This document shows, one piece after another, positions 1 through 9,423 of a stretch of DNA of 64,000 bases (within the stretch, counting starts at the first letter, position 1; each line of letters starts with the position of its first letter). Origin of the DNA: Alphaproteobacteria bacterium. GTDB lineage: Bacteria; Pseudomonadota; Alphaproteobacteria; UBA828. The stretch lies in the NCBI GenBank assembly GCA_965220745.1, contig CBDCQT010000003.1, positions 64,001 through 128,000 on the forward strand. Reading direction: 5' to 3'. Position numbers and translations under genes: made by a program. The notes under the pieces are model-generated. The model did not search any database, was not told the DNA's origin, and was given only the letters and a program-made list of their open reading frames with translations.

Positions 1-267
1 ACGCGGCGCTCAGTCGCCGAGCTCTGCGACGAGGAGGGTATTCCCTTCGCCTACCGCCGGGTGGAGCCGGAGGAGCTTGGCGAGGCCGACGAGCTCTTTG
101 CGAGCACCACGGCGGGCGGTGTGATGCCGGTGGTGCGGCTCGGCGACAAGCCCATCGGCAACGGCCATGCGGGGCTCGTCACCAGCCGCATCCAGTCCCG
201 CTATTGGCAGAAGCGCGAGGAGGGCTGGCACGGCACGCGGGTGGAGGACATTCGCAAGGCTGCTTAG
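1..267 (+). CDS. Class IV PLP aminotransferase (branched-chain/D-amino acid type), C-terminal part, truncated by window start
   Basis: Frame 1 open from base 1: TRRSVAELC...EELGEADELFASTTAGGVMPV...IGNGHAGLVT, typical C-terminus of class IV aminotransferases. Confidence 0.85.
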   Translation, partial: TRRSVAELCDEEGIPFAYRRVEPEELGEADELFASTTAGGVMPVVRLGDKPIGNGHAGLVTSRIQSRYWQKREEGWHGTRVEDIRKAA

Positions 268-295
268 GCGGGTCGGGGTCGATCCTTGCGGACCT

Positions 296-463
296 GACTT
301 AATCATTTCCCTCAACGGCGGGCGCTCGCTCCGCTCGCTTGCCTACGCGCTACGCGCGCGGCGCATTCGCGCCGTCCGGGCCTGCGGCCCGGTTCGCATC
401 ATTGGCAATTTCCTCGTCTGTTGCCGGTAACTCGCCCCTGACCATGGTGCGGTGCACGGCGCG
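296..463 (+). repeat. Dispersed intergenic repeat, family A, copy 1
   Basis: GACTTAATCATTTCCCTCAACGGCGGGCGCTCGCTCCG...ATGGTGCGGTGCACGGCGCG; homologous to the reverse complement of 21259-21531 and to 30160-30200. Confidence 0.85.
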
Positions 464-508
464 AGCCCGGCGTATCAGCATCATTCTATGCGAAAAGGAA
501 AAAACACC

Positions 509-611
509 CCCACCTCACCCCGACCCTCTCCGCCCCAGGGGCGGAGAGGGAGAGCAAGCCGGCGCAGCCACGTCCCCCCTCCGCCTTCGGGGGAGGACAG
601 GGGGAAGTGGG
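509..611. repeat. REP-like bipartite palindromic repeat, family B, copy 1
   Basis: CCCACCTCACCCCGACCCTCTCCGCCCC-A-GGGGCGGAGAGGG hairpin plus a degenerate inverted second unit; similar to 32922-33036. Confidence 0.75.
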
Positions 612-718
612 CTCATCGGCTGCGCTACTCTTTTCCGCGCCCGCGACCCTCGGGTGCGGGTGGGACGCGCGTGCAGGACATCGCAGTTATCCCGCTTAAT
701 CCCGGCGCATCTCGCTAG

Positions 719-770
719 AAAAATTGTGTGTCCGTCTCACCGTGCGGCGCAGACACCGTGCGAGACGGAC
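719..770 (-). terminator. Putative intrinsic terminator downstream of denD
   Basis: Stem GTCCGTCTC...GAGACGGAC followed on the minus strand by ACACAATTTTT. Confidence 0.45.
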
Positions 771-807
771 GGCAGAGCCGGGTCCGGATGCCAGCGCACC
801 GTGCGGG

Positions 808-1797
808 TCAGTTGTCGACGTAGTCCTCGATGTACTGGCGCACCACCTCGTCGAGCGGCGGGTTCTGGGGCAGGCCGAGGCCGGCCGCGCGGTCGGCCTT
901 CGCGTAGGCCGGCCAGGAGCCAACCAGCCTTTGGATCGCCGCATCGGGCGCGTCGATGACGGCGCCGAGCCTGCGGCCCGCGCCCACGCGCTCCAGCGCT
1001 GCTACCATCTCGCCTGCCGTCGCCGAGAAGGAGGGCAGGTTGATGGTGCGGTCGTCGCCGAGGTCCGCGCTCGGCACCTCGTGGAGGGCGACCAGGCTGT
1101 CGACGATCGTGCGGTAGCCGCCGAGGACGATGCGCGTGTCCCGGCTCACCGGGAGCTCGTGGTCGATGCCGGCCAGCGGCTCGCGGAAGAGACCGCTGGC
1201 GAAGCCGGAGGCCGCCTTGTTGGGCTTGCCGGGCCGCACGATCACGGTGGGCGGCCTGCCGCCGCGGCCATCCAGATAGCCCTTGCGGGTGTAATCGGCC
1301 ACCAGGTGCTCGTTGATGACCTTGGTCACGCCGTAGGTGCCCTGCGGCGTAATCTTGGTCGTGTCGGAGACGGTTTCAGGGAGCACGCTGCCGCCGTAGA
1401 CCGCGATGCTGCTGGTGAAGACGAGGCGCGGCAGCCCCGGTGCGGCGCGGCAGGCGTCGAGGACGTTGAGGCCGCCGGTGAGGTTGACAGCCAGCGCCAG
1501 GTCGAAGTCCTGCTCGGCGCCGGCGCTGACCACCGAGGCGAAGTGGAAGACCGAGAGCGAGTCGCCCGCGATGAGCGCGCGCACGGTTTCGCCGTCAGAG
1601 ACATCGCCGGCGACCATCTCGACCCGCTCGTCGTCGAGGCCGGCGGGTGGCTGTTCGGGCACGACGGCATCGAAGAGGATCATCTCGTCGATCCGCTCCT
1701 GCTCGCCCGAGGCGCCGATCAGCGTTCCCTTGTCGAGCAGCGTCCGCGCCAGTCTCAGCCCGAGAAAGCCCAGGCCCCCCGTAATCACCACCTTCAT
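808..1797 (-). CDS. denD: D-erythronate dehydrogenase-like extended SDR (NAD-dependent epimerase family)
   Basis: MKVVITGGLGFLG Rossmann motif, HFASVVSAGAEQDFDL, FTSSIAVYGG, YGVTK, VRPGKPNKAASGFASG. Confidence 0.75.
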   Translation of the reverse strand: MKVVITGGLGFLGLRLARTLLDKGTLIGASGEQERIDEMILFDAVVPEQPPAGLDDERVEMVAGDVSDGETVRALIAGDSLSVFHFASVVSAGAEQDFDLALAVNLTGGLNVLDACRAAPGLPRLVFTSSIAVYGGSVLPETVSDTTKITPQGTYGVTKVINEHLVADYTRKGYLDGRGGRPPTVIVRPGKPNKAASGFASGLFREPLAGIDHELPVSRDTRIVLGGYRTIVDSLVALHEVPSADLGDDRTINLPSFSATAGEMVAALERVGAGRRLGAVIDAPDAAIQRLVGSWPAYAKADRAAGLGLPQNPPLDEVVRQYIEDYVDN

Positions 1798-1949
1798 GCG
1801 TTCTCTCCCTCCACTCGGTCTGCGTCCGCGTGCAACATATCCTATTGGCAGGGCGCGCCGGTATGCGGATGATAGGCCCCGGACTATGCCTCCCGCCGCG
1901 CAACTGTGCGGCGGGGCAGGGAAGCACAGCGGGGCGATGGGGGGCTTGA

Positions 1950-3098
1950 ATGACCACGTCGGCGGCACTTGGGCCGAACGAGTCTCTGATCGACGAGCGC
2001 GAGTCTCGGGCCCGCCTGATCACGCCCGCTCTCGTGCTCGATCTCGACGCGATGGAGCGCAACATCGCGACCATGGCGGCCTACGCGGCGGAGCAGGGCG
2101 TCGCGGTCCGCCCCCACGCCAAGACCCACAAGAGCGTGCAGATCGCGCGCCGCCAGCTGGACGCCGGCGCGTTGGGTATCTGCTGCGCCACGCTGGGGGA
2201 AGCGGAGGCGCTGGCGGCGGGGGAAATCGGGGGGCTGCTCATCACCTCGCCGGTCGTGGCGCCCGCCAAGATCAACCGCCTCATGGCGCTCCGCCGGGAC
2301 CACCAATCGCTCATGGTCGTGGCCGACGACATGGATAACCTGCGCGCTCTCGAAGCCGCTGCGGCCGCGTCCGGGTTCGTGCTGGACGTGGTGATCGATG
2401 TCGATGTCGGGCTGCACCGCACCGGCACGCGCGACGCGGAGACGGCGGCGGCGCTCGCCGAGGAGGCGGACGCGAGCGAGAGCCTGCGCTTCTGTGGGCT
2501 TCAAGGGTATGCCGGGCACGTCCAGCACATCGAGGATTTTGGCGACCGCCGCGCGACCTCTCACGGCGATCTGGCGCCGCTGCGCGAGGCCCGCGACCGG
2601 CTCGTTGAGCAGGGCATCGCGGTGCCCATCGTCTCGGGCGCCGGCACCGGCACCCACGACATCGACACGGAGATCGGGCTGATGACCGAGCTCCAGGTCG
2701 GATCCTACGTGGTGATGGATGTCGAGTACCTCGACGTTCAGGCGCGCGATAGCGGCGAGTGGCGCTTCGAGCCCGCGCTCTTCGTCCGCTCGACGGTGGT
2801 TTCCGCCAGCCACGACGGCAGCGCGACCATGGATGCCGGCCTCAAGTGCTTCGCCACCGACGGGCCGCTGCCGCGCTTCCACACCGGCGTGCCCATCGGC
2901 GCGCACTACGAGCATTTCGGCGACGAGCACGGGCGCATCGTCTTTGCCAGTGCCAACGAACGGCTCAGGATCGGCGCGGCGCTGGAGTGCATCGTGCCGC
3001 ACTGCGACCCGACCGTGAATCTCTACGACCACTACCACTGCGTTCGTGGCGAGACCCTGGTCGACATCTGGCCGATCGAGGCCCGCGGCCGCCACTAG
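1950..3098 (+). CDS. DSD1-family PLP enzyme (D-threonine aldolase / 3-hydroxy-D-aspartate aldolase-like)
   Basis: TPALVLDLD, RPHAKTHKS (PLP lysine), HRTG, GAGTGT, ELQVGSYVVMD, PHCDPTVNLYD. Confidence 0.88.
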   Translation: MTTSAALGPNESLIDERESRARLITPALVLDLDAMERNIATMAAYAAEQGVAVRPHAKTHKSVQIARRQLDAGALGICCATLGEAEALAAGEIGGLLITSPVVAPAKINRLMALRRDHQSLMVVADDMDNLRALEAAAAASGFVLDVVIDVDVGLHRTGTRDAETAAALAEEADASESLRFCGLQGYAGHVQHIEDFGDRRATSHGDLAPLREARDRLVEQGIAVPIVSGAGTGTHDIDTEIGLMTELQVGSYVVMDVEYLDVQARDSGEWRFEPALFVRSTVVSASHDGSATMDAGLKCFATDGPLPRFHTGVPIGAHYEHFGDEHGRIVFASANERLRIGAALECIVPHCDPTVNLYDHYHCVRGETLVDIWPIEARGRH

Positions 3099-3107
3099 AG
3101 AAGAGCC

Positions 3108-4211
3108 ATGGCGTCAATCACGCTTGCCAGCCTGACGAAGCGCTTCGGCGACCTCACTGCGGTCGCCTCCCTCGATCTTGAAATCAGGGACAAGGAGTTC
3201 GTGGCCCTGCTCGGGCCGTCGGGCTGCGGCAAGACCACGACGATGAACATGATTGCCGGCATCGAGACGCCGTCCGACGGGCAAATCCTCTTCGATGGCC
3301 GCGACATGCGCACGGTGCCGGCCAGCCGGCGCAAGGTCGGCTTTGTGTTTCAGAACTACGCCATCTTCACTCATCTTTCGGTGCGCGAGAATCTGGCGTT
3401 TGGGCTGAAGGTGCGGGGCGTGCCCAAGGCCGAGGTCCAGCGCCGCGTGGCTGCCATGTCTCAGCTCATGCGCCTCGAAGACCGCATCGATTGGCCCACC
3501 GCCAAGCTCAGCGTCAACGAGCTGCAAAAGGTCGCGATCGGCCGCTCTGCCATCACCGAGCCCGAAATCTTCTTGCTGGACGAGCCGCTGAGCAATCTCG
3601 ATGCAGCCTTCCGGGCCTTCATGCGGACCGAGCTCAAGCACCTGCAGCACCAGTTCCAGCAGACCATGGTCTACGTCACCCACGACCAGATCGAGGCGAT
3701 GAGCCTCGCCGACCGGATCGCCGTGATGGATCTGGGCGTGCTGCAGCAGTACGGCTCGCCCATCGAGGTCTACAACGAGCCCCGCAACGTCTTCGTCGCC
3801 AACTTCATGGGTAGCCCCAGCATGAATCTGGTGCCGTGTACGCTCTCCGGCGGAGACGGCAGCTATGCGCTTGATTTCGGCGAAGGTGGCAGCGCGGCCG
3901 TGGAAGACGGCGCGCTCAAGCGGCGCTGCGATGCGGCGCGGGATGCCGAGCTGATTTTCGGCGCGCGGCCTGAGGACCTCGAGATCGAGCCGCCGGGCCA
4001 CACCGCCCCCGGCATCGAGGCGACCGTGACGTTCGTCGAGCCCATCGGCCCGCGCACCATCGTTCATCTCGCCGCCGGCGAGCGCCGACTGAAGATCGCC
4101 GAGGGCAAGCAGTACGGCATCGAGCTTGGCGCCCCGGTCAAGGCGGTGCTGCCGCCAGGTAAGTGCCACCTGTTCGATGCGGAAACGGGCGAGGCGCTGG
4201 GTCGCGCCTAG
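3108..4211 (+). CDS. ABC transporter ATP-binding protein (CUT1/MalK-like) with degenerate signature motif
   Basis: GPSGCGKT Walker A, LLDEPLSNLD Walker B, YVTHDQ; signature reads LSVNELQ. Confidence 0.9.
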   Translation: MASITLASLTKRFGDLTAVASLDLEIRDKEFVALLGPSGCGKTTTMNMIAGIETPSDGQILFDGRDMRTVPASRRKVGFVFQNYAIFTHLSVRENLAFGLKVRGVPKAEVQRRVAAMSQLMRLEDRIDWPTAKLSVNELQKVAIGRSAITEPEIFLLDEPLSNLDAAFRAFMRTELKHLQHQFQQTMVYVTHDQIEAMSLADRIAVMDLGVLQQYGSPIEVYNEPRNVFVANFMGSPSMNLVPCTLSGGDGSYALDFGEGGSAAVEDGALKRRCDAARDAELIFGARPEDLEIEPPGHTAPGIEATVTFVEPIGPRTIVHLAAGERRLKIAEGKQYGIELGAPVKAVLPPGKCHLFDAETGEALGRA

Positions 4212-4259
4212 AGCGGCCCGCCCTCCGTCACTCGCCTAGGGGAGAGCTCCGACAACGCC

Positions 4260-5333
4260 ATGGCACAGCTCGAGCTGAGGAACACGAGCAAGTCCTACGG
4301 CAAGACCGTCGCCGTGAAGGACATCGAACTCGTTGTCGAGGACAACGAGTTCTTCTGCATCTTCGGCCCGCCGAGCTCGGGCAAGACGACGATCCTGCGC
4401 CTGCTGCTCGGGCTGGTAGCGCCGGACGAGGGCGAGATCATCATCGGCGACGAGCCCGTCGTCGATCAGGGGCCGAAGGAGCGCAATCTGGCGATGGTGT
4501 TCCAGAACCTCGCGCTCTTCCCACATATGACCGCGGGGCAGAACCTCGCCTTCCCGCTGGTGGAGCGGAAGCTGGAGAAGGCCGCGATCAAGGCGCGGGT
4601 GGTCGAGGTGGCGGAGACCCTGCACATCACGCCGCTGCTCGACAAGATGCCGGCACACCTGAGCGGGGGCGAGCGCCAACGCGTCGCCATCGGCCGGGCG
4701 CTCGTGCGCGACCCTGCAGCCTTCCTCATGGACGAGCCGATCGCCGCGCTCGATGCCAGGCTCCGCGAGGAGATGCGCGTCGAGCTCAAGCGCCTCCAAC
4801 GCGAGCTGCACCACACCATCGTGTATGTCACCCACGACCAGGAGGAGGCGATGTCGATCGCCGATCGCATCGCAGTTATGGAGGAAGGCGAGATCCGCCA
4901 GGTGGGCACGCCGGCCGAGATCTACAACCTGCCGAACAGCCGCTACGTGGCGGAGCTGATCGGCGCGCCGCCGATGAACTTCGTCCACGGCACGCTCGCG
5001 AACGGTGGCCGGTTTGAGGGGCGTGACGTGCCGTTTTCGATCACGTTGGAGGGTGCCGAGGGGGAAGGGCCCGCGGCCCTCGCCGTGCGGCCGGAGGACC
5101 TGGGGATCGGTGCGGCCGGTGCCAGCGGTGGGGTCGAGGCCGCCATCTACGAGGTCGAGCCGCTCGGCGCTTTTACCATCGTCGATGTCAGCGTGGGTGA
5201 GCAGATTCTCAAGGTGCAGGCGCCGGGCCAGCCGCAGTTCACCCTTGGCGAGCGGGTGAACCTCGCGGTCGATCCCGACCGCTGCCACCTCTTCCACGGC
5301 GAGACCGGCGAACTCATCCGCTCCGCCCGCTGA
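4260..5333 (+). CDS. ABC transporter ATP-binding protein (CUT1/MalK-like)
   Basis: GPPSSGKT, LSGGERQRVA, MDEPIAALD, YVTHDQEEA, C-terminal TOBE-like region. Confidence 0.92.
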   Translation: MAQLELRNTSKSYGKTVAVKDIELVVEDNEFFCIFGPPSSGKTTILRLLLGLVAPDEGEIIIGDEPVVDQGPKERNLAMVFQNLALFPHMTAGQNLAFPLVERKLEKAAIKARVVEVAETLHITPLLDKMPAHLSGGERQRVAIGRALVRDPAAFLMDEPIAALDARLREEMRVELKRLQRELHHTIVYVTHDQEEAMSIADRIAVMEEGEIRQVGTPAEIYNLPNSRYVAELIGAPPMNFVHGTLANGGRFEGRDVPFSITLEGAEGEGPAALAVRPEDLGIGAAGASGGVEAAIYEVEPLGAFTIVDVSVGEQILKVQAPGQPQFTLGERVNLAVDPDRCHLFHGETGELIRSAR

Positions 5334-5372
5334 AGGGCGCGTCGGCATTGCCGGCGGCGTGATTGCTGCGCT

Positions 5373-5403
5373 AGGGTAGAAAGTACGATGCAGTTTCTAC
5401 CCT
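5373..5403. promoter_or_regulatory. Inverted repeat, probable VapBC autoregulatory operator
   Basis: Perfect 10-bp inverted repeat AGGGTAGAAA-N11-TTTCTACCCT directly upstream of vapB. Confidence 0.65.
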
Positions 5404-5413
5404 GGTGGAGACA

Positions 5414-5671
5414 ATGAGCCTCAACATCAAGAACGACGAGACTTGCCAGCTGGCCCGCGAGCTCGCGCAGCTCACTGGCGAGAGCATGACCGGGGCCATC
5501 ACCGTCGCGCTCCGCGAGCGGCTGGAGCGGGAGAAGCACGAGCGCAGCGTGGAGCAACGCGTGAAGAAGATACGCGCGATCGCCGAGCGTTGCGCCAGGA
5601 ATCTCAAGCCTGGACCTTCTGCCGTGGAGCACGGCGACCTGCTCTATGATGAGCGGGGTCTGCCCAAGTGA
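5414..5671 (+). CDS. vapB: VapB antitoxin (Rv0623-like)
   Basis: MSLNIKNDETCQLARELAQLTGESMTGAITVALRERL...LYDERGLPK; overlaps the PIN toxin start. Confidence 0.9.
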   Translation: MSLNIKNDETCQLARELAQLTGESMTGAITVALRERLEREKHERSVEQRVKKIRAIAERCARNLKPGPSAVEHGDLLYDERGLPK

Positions 5672-6054
5672 TCGTCGATAGTTCGGCCCTGCTCGCCGTT
5701 CTATTCCGCGAGCCGGACGCCGAACGGTACGAGACCGCACTCGGCGCGGCGCCCGCGTGCCGAATGTCGCTCGCCAATGTGTTTGAGGCATCCATCGTGT
5801 GGGAAGGACGCGACGGCCCGGAGGCAGGCCATCGGTTCGATCTGTTCATGGATCAGGTTGAGATTGAAATGGTGCCGGTGACGGCCGAACACGTCACGGC
5901 GGCCCGCCAAGCCTGGCGGCGCTTCGGCAAGGGCAATCATCCGGCGGCGCTGAACTTTGGCGACTGCTTCGCCTACGCCCTCGCCGAGGTGACCAGCGAG
6001 CCGCTGCTGTTCAAAGGCGAGGACTTCGCCCTGACCGATATCGAGGCGGCGTAG
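5668..6054 (+). CDS. vapC: VapC PIN-domain toxin
   Basis: MIVDSSALLA...FGKGNHPAALNFGDCFAYALA...LLFKGEDF. Confidence 0.93.
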   Translation: MIVDSSALLAVLFREPDAERYETALGAAPACRMSLANVFEASIVWEGRDGPEAGHRFDLFMDQVEIEMVPVTAEHVTAARQAWRRFGKGNHPAALNFGDCFAYALAEVTSEPLLFKGEDFALTDIEAA

Positions 6055-6063
6055 GCGCGACGC

Positions 6064-6948
6064 CTACATGTTCTGCAGCAGGTGGATCAGGCTGGAGGTG
6101 TCCCAGCGGTTGCCGCCGCGCTGCTGCACGTGGGCGTAGAACTGGTCCACCAGCATGGACATCGGCAGGAGGGCGCCGTTCTTCTTGCCTTCCTCGAAAC
6201 AGAGGCTCAAGTCCTTCCGCATCCAGTCGACGGCAAAGCCGAACTCGAACTCGCCCCGCAGCATGGTCGAGCCCCGGTTCTCCATCTGCCAGGACTGCGC
6301 TGCGCCCTTGGAGATGACGTCCAGCACGGTCTCCCCATCGAGGCCGGCGCGCTGGGCGAAGTTGATGGCTTCCGCGAGCCCCTGAACCACGCCCGCGATG
6401 CAGATCTGGTTCACCATCTTGGTGAGCTGGCCGTTCCCCGCCGGCCCCATGTGGGTCACGTTGCGCGCGAATGCGTCGATGACTGGCTGGGCGCGCACGA
6501 ACTCGGCCTCGTCTCCGCCCACCATCACGGTCAGCACGCCGTTCTCGGCGCCCGCCTGGCCGCCGGAGACCGGCGCGTCGAGGAAGCCCACGCCCCGCTC
6601 CTTGGCTGCGGCATAGACCTCGCGGGCGACCACGGCGGAGTCGGTCGTGTGGTCGATGAAGATAGTGCCTTCCGTCATGCCGGCAAGCGCACCGTCGTCG
6701 CCGTAGACGACTGCACGTAGGTCGTCATCGGCGCCAACGCAGGCGAAGATCATCTCCGCGCCTTGGGCGGCAGCGGCAGGGGTCGGGGCGGCGCTGCCTT
6801 GGTGAATCTCAGTCCACTGCTTGGCCTTGGCTGCGGTCCGGTTGTAGACGGTGACCTCATGGCCCGCTTTAGCGAGGTGTCCTGCCATGGGAAACCCCAT
6901 CACGCCGAGCCCGAGAAACGCCACCTTGGTGCCCCCGCCATCAGTCAT
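6064..6948 (-). CDS. 3-hydroxyisobutyrate dehydrogenase-family NAD(P)-dependent oxidoreductase
   Basis: FLGLGVMGFPMAGHL, DAPVSGGQAGA, KMVNQI, FGFAVDWMRKDL. Confidence 0.9.
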   Translation of the reverse strand: MTDGGGTKVAFLGLGVMGFPMAGHLAKAGHEVTVYNRTAAKAKQWTEIHQGSAAPTPAAAAQGAEMIFACVGADDDLRAVVYGDDGALAGMTEGTIFIDHTTDSAVVAREVYAAAKERGVGFLDAPVSGGQAGAENGVLTVMVGGDEAEFVRAQPVIDAFARNVTHMGPAGNGQLTKMVNQICIAGVVQGLAEAINFAQRAGLDGETVLDVISKGAAQSWQMENRGSTMLRGEFEFGFAVDWMRKDLSLCFEEGKKNGALLPMSMLVDQFYAHVQQRGGNRWDTSSLIHLLQNM

Positions 6949-7039
6949 AATTCGTCCTCCCCGCCGGCTTCTCGCGCCAAAGCGCGGCATCGTAGCGACG
7001 CCGAAACAGGCGGGCAATGACGGCCCCTGTGCCCGTCTG

Positions 7040-7053
7040 TTGACGCAGATCAA
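7040..7053. promoter_or_regulatory. FNR/NnrR/DNR-type box upstream of nosR
   Basis: TTGAC-GCAG-ATCAA, one mismatch from TTGAT-N4-ATCAA. Confidence 0.8.
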
Positions 7054-7147
7054 GGCGCTGGCGTGTGCGCGCTTCAGACTGGTTCTGAGGGAGCCCGTCG
7101 CCGCACTTCTCGGGAGCCGATCGCCCACTCGCCACGACGCACATGCC

Positions 7148-9400
7148 ATGACAGCGGGTTCGTTTTCTGGCGCGAGGCGCTGCAGGATAGCGGCGCGCAC
7201 GGTCCACCTCGGGGCCAGCACCGGGGCATCGCTGTTGCTGCTCCTCGTCTTCGTCGCCCTCGCTGGCGAAGCGCACGCCGCCGTCAAGCTCGGCACCGCG
7301 CTCACCAAGATTGCGCCCGCAGACCTTGTGCCGGGCGCCGACCGCTTAGGCCCGGTCGAAGGCGCGCCGCCCCGTGCGCAGGCGCTCGAAGGGTCCTCGC
7401 TCAAGGGCTACGTCTTCCTGAACACGGATGTCGCGGGCGCAGTGGGCTATTCCGGCAAGCCCATTCACCTCCTGATCGGGCTCGACACCGAGGGCACGAT
7501 CACCGGTGCCGCGCTGCACAAGCACCACGAGCCCATCGTGCTGATCGGAATTCCCGAGCGGCGGATCAAGAGCTTCATCGCCGAATACGTCGGGCGCAAC
7601 GTGCGCGAGTTCCTGGAGGAACGCGATGCCAGCGACCGCTCGCTCGATATCATCGCCGGGGCCACGGTCACCATCCTGGTGATCGACGATGCTATCCGCC
7701 GCTCCTCGCTGCGGATGGCGCGCCTGCTGGGTCTCGCCGGGCTCGGCGGGGAACAGGGAACCGGCGCGCCGCCCCGGGGCGAGGTCGACACTGCCCAAGA
7801 AGGCGTCGAAGACTGGATGACCCTGATCGGCGACGGCTCGGTGCGTCGGTTCAACCTCAGCGTCGGCGAGGTAACCGCAGACTTCGCCGCTGCGGGCAAG
7901 GAGAAAGCCGCCGCGCGGCCAGAGAGCGACGACCCGGAGGCGCGCTTCATCGACCTCTACGTGGCAGAGGTCAGCGTGCCAGTCATCGGCCGGAGCCTGC
8001 TTGGTGACGCCGAATACGAGAACCTCCGCGCACGGCTGGAGCCCGGCCAGCATGCACTGCTGATCGCCGCCAACGGCCTCTATTCGTTCAAGGGCTCGGG
8101 CTTCGTGCGCGGCGGAATCTTCGACCGTGTCCAGCTCGTCCAGGGCGATGGCAGCATCCGCTTCCGTGACCGCCAGTACAAGCACTTGGGTGAGGTGGCG
8201 GCGGACTTGGCGCAGCCCTTCTCCGAAGTTGGCCTCTTCGTGGTGCCGGCCGACGCCGAGTTCGACCCCGTAGCACCTTGGACGCTCCAACTCCTGGTGC
8301 AGCGCGCGATCGGTGCGCTCGACAAGGATTTCTTGCTCTACGAACTCTCCTACACGTTGCCCGCACGTTATCTGAAGCCGTTGCCCGGACCCGCGCCTTC
8401 AGCCACCGACCAGACCCTGACCGAGCCGGAAGCCGCGCCGGAGCTCTGGCGGCGCATCTGGGAGGACCGGATCGTCGACGTGGCAGTGCTCGGCGCGGCC
8501 ATGATCGCGCTCACCCTGATCTTCTTCTTCCAGGACTGGTTCGCGCGCCGGCCCAAGCTCGCGACAGGCGTGCGGGTGGGCTTCCTGCTCTTCATCGTTG
8601 CCTGGCTCGGCGGCTTCGCCCAGGCCCAGCTCTCGGTGGTCAACATAATGACCTTCGGCAACGCGCTGATCACCGAGTTCCGCTGGTCCTACTTCCTGAT
8701 GGACCCGCTGATCTTCCTGCTCTGGTGCGGCACCGCGCTGGCGCTGATCTTCTGGGGCCGGGGCGTGTTCTGCGGCTGGCTCTGCCCCTTTGGCGCGCTG
8801 CAGGAGCTGCTCAACAAGGCGGCGCGGCTCGCGCGCGTGCCGCAGGTGACGCTGCCCTGGGGCCTGCACGAGCGACTCTGGCCGGTGAAGTACGTGATCT
8901 TCATCGGCCTCGCCGGAGTCTCGCTCTACGACCTCGCCTTCGCCGAACGCCTGGCGGAGGTCGAGCCCTTCAAGACCACGGTGATCCTGCGCTTCGCCCA
9001 TGACTGGCCGTTTGTGGCCTGGGCCGGCGTGCTGCTGGGCACCGGGCTCTTCGTCGAGCGCTTCTTCTGCCGCTACCTCTGCCCGCTGGGGGCGGCGCTC
9101 GCGATCCCCGGCAAGATCAGGATCATGGAGTGGCTGCGCCGCCACAAGGAATGCGGCGCGCCCTGCCATCGCTGTGCCCAGGAATGCATGGTCCAGGCCA
9201 TCCATCCGGACGGGCACATCAACCAGAACGAGTGCCTCTACTGCCTGCACTGCCAGCAGGTCTATCACGACGAGCACCGCTGCCCGCCGATGATCCAGCG
9301 CCGCCTCAGGCGCGAGCGGCGCCGGGCGCGCGCCTCCGCGAATATCACCGTCCCGCCTGCAGCTCCCGCAGGCCCAACCGGCACAGCAACGAGTCCCTGA
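7148..9400 (+). CDS. nosR: NosR membrane FMN/Fe-S regulatory and electron-transfer protein (start approximate)
   Basis: [30 protein letters not shown] site, [22 protein letters not shown]-terminal ferredoxin cysteines. Confidence 0.95.
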   Translation: MTAGSFSGARRCRIAARTVHLGASTGASLLLLLVFVALAGEAHAAVKLGTALTKIAPADLVPGADRLGPVEGAPPRAQALEGSSLKGYVFLNTDVAGAVGYSGKPIHLLIGLDTEGTITGAALHKHHEPIVLIGIPERRIKSFIAEYVGRNVREFLEERDASDRSLDIIAGATVTILVIDDAIRRSSLRMARLLGLAGLGGEQGTGAPPRGEVDTAQEGVEDWMTLIGDGSVRRFNLSVGEVTADFAAAGKEKAAARPESDDPEARFIDLYVAEVSVPVIGRSLLGDAEYENLRARLEPGQHALLIAANGLYSFKGSGFVRGGIFDRVQLVQGDGSIRFRDRQYKHLGEVAADLAQPFSEVGLFVVPADAEFDPVAPWTLQLLVQRAIGALDKDFLLYELSYTLPARYLKPLPGPAPSATDQTLTEPEAAPELWRRIWEDRIVDVAVLGAAMIALTLIFFFQDWFARRPKLATGVRVGFLLFIVAWLGGFAQAQLSVVNIMTFGNALITEFRWSYFLMDPLIFLLWCGTALALIFWGRGVFCGWLCPFGALQELLNKAARLARVPQVTLPWGLHERLWPVKYVIFIGLAGVSLYDLAFAERLAEVEPFKTTVILRFAHDWPFVAWAGVLLGTGLFVERFFCRYLCPLGAALAIPGKIRIMEWLRRHKECGAPCHRCAQECMVQAIHPDGHINQNECLYCLHCQQVYHDEHRCPPMIQRRLRRERRRARASANITVPPAAPAGPTGTATSP

Positions 9401-9423
9401 TGCCAAGTAAGGAGGAGAAAGCC

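Noticed and set aside
339-959. ORFs translating through the intergenic repeats (ISLNGGRSLRSLAYA; PHPDPLRPRGGEG)
   Set aside because: The peptide similarity with ORF 21092-21595 comes from the DNA repeat, with no evidence of a real gene.
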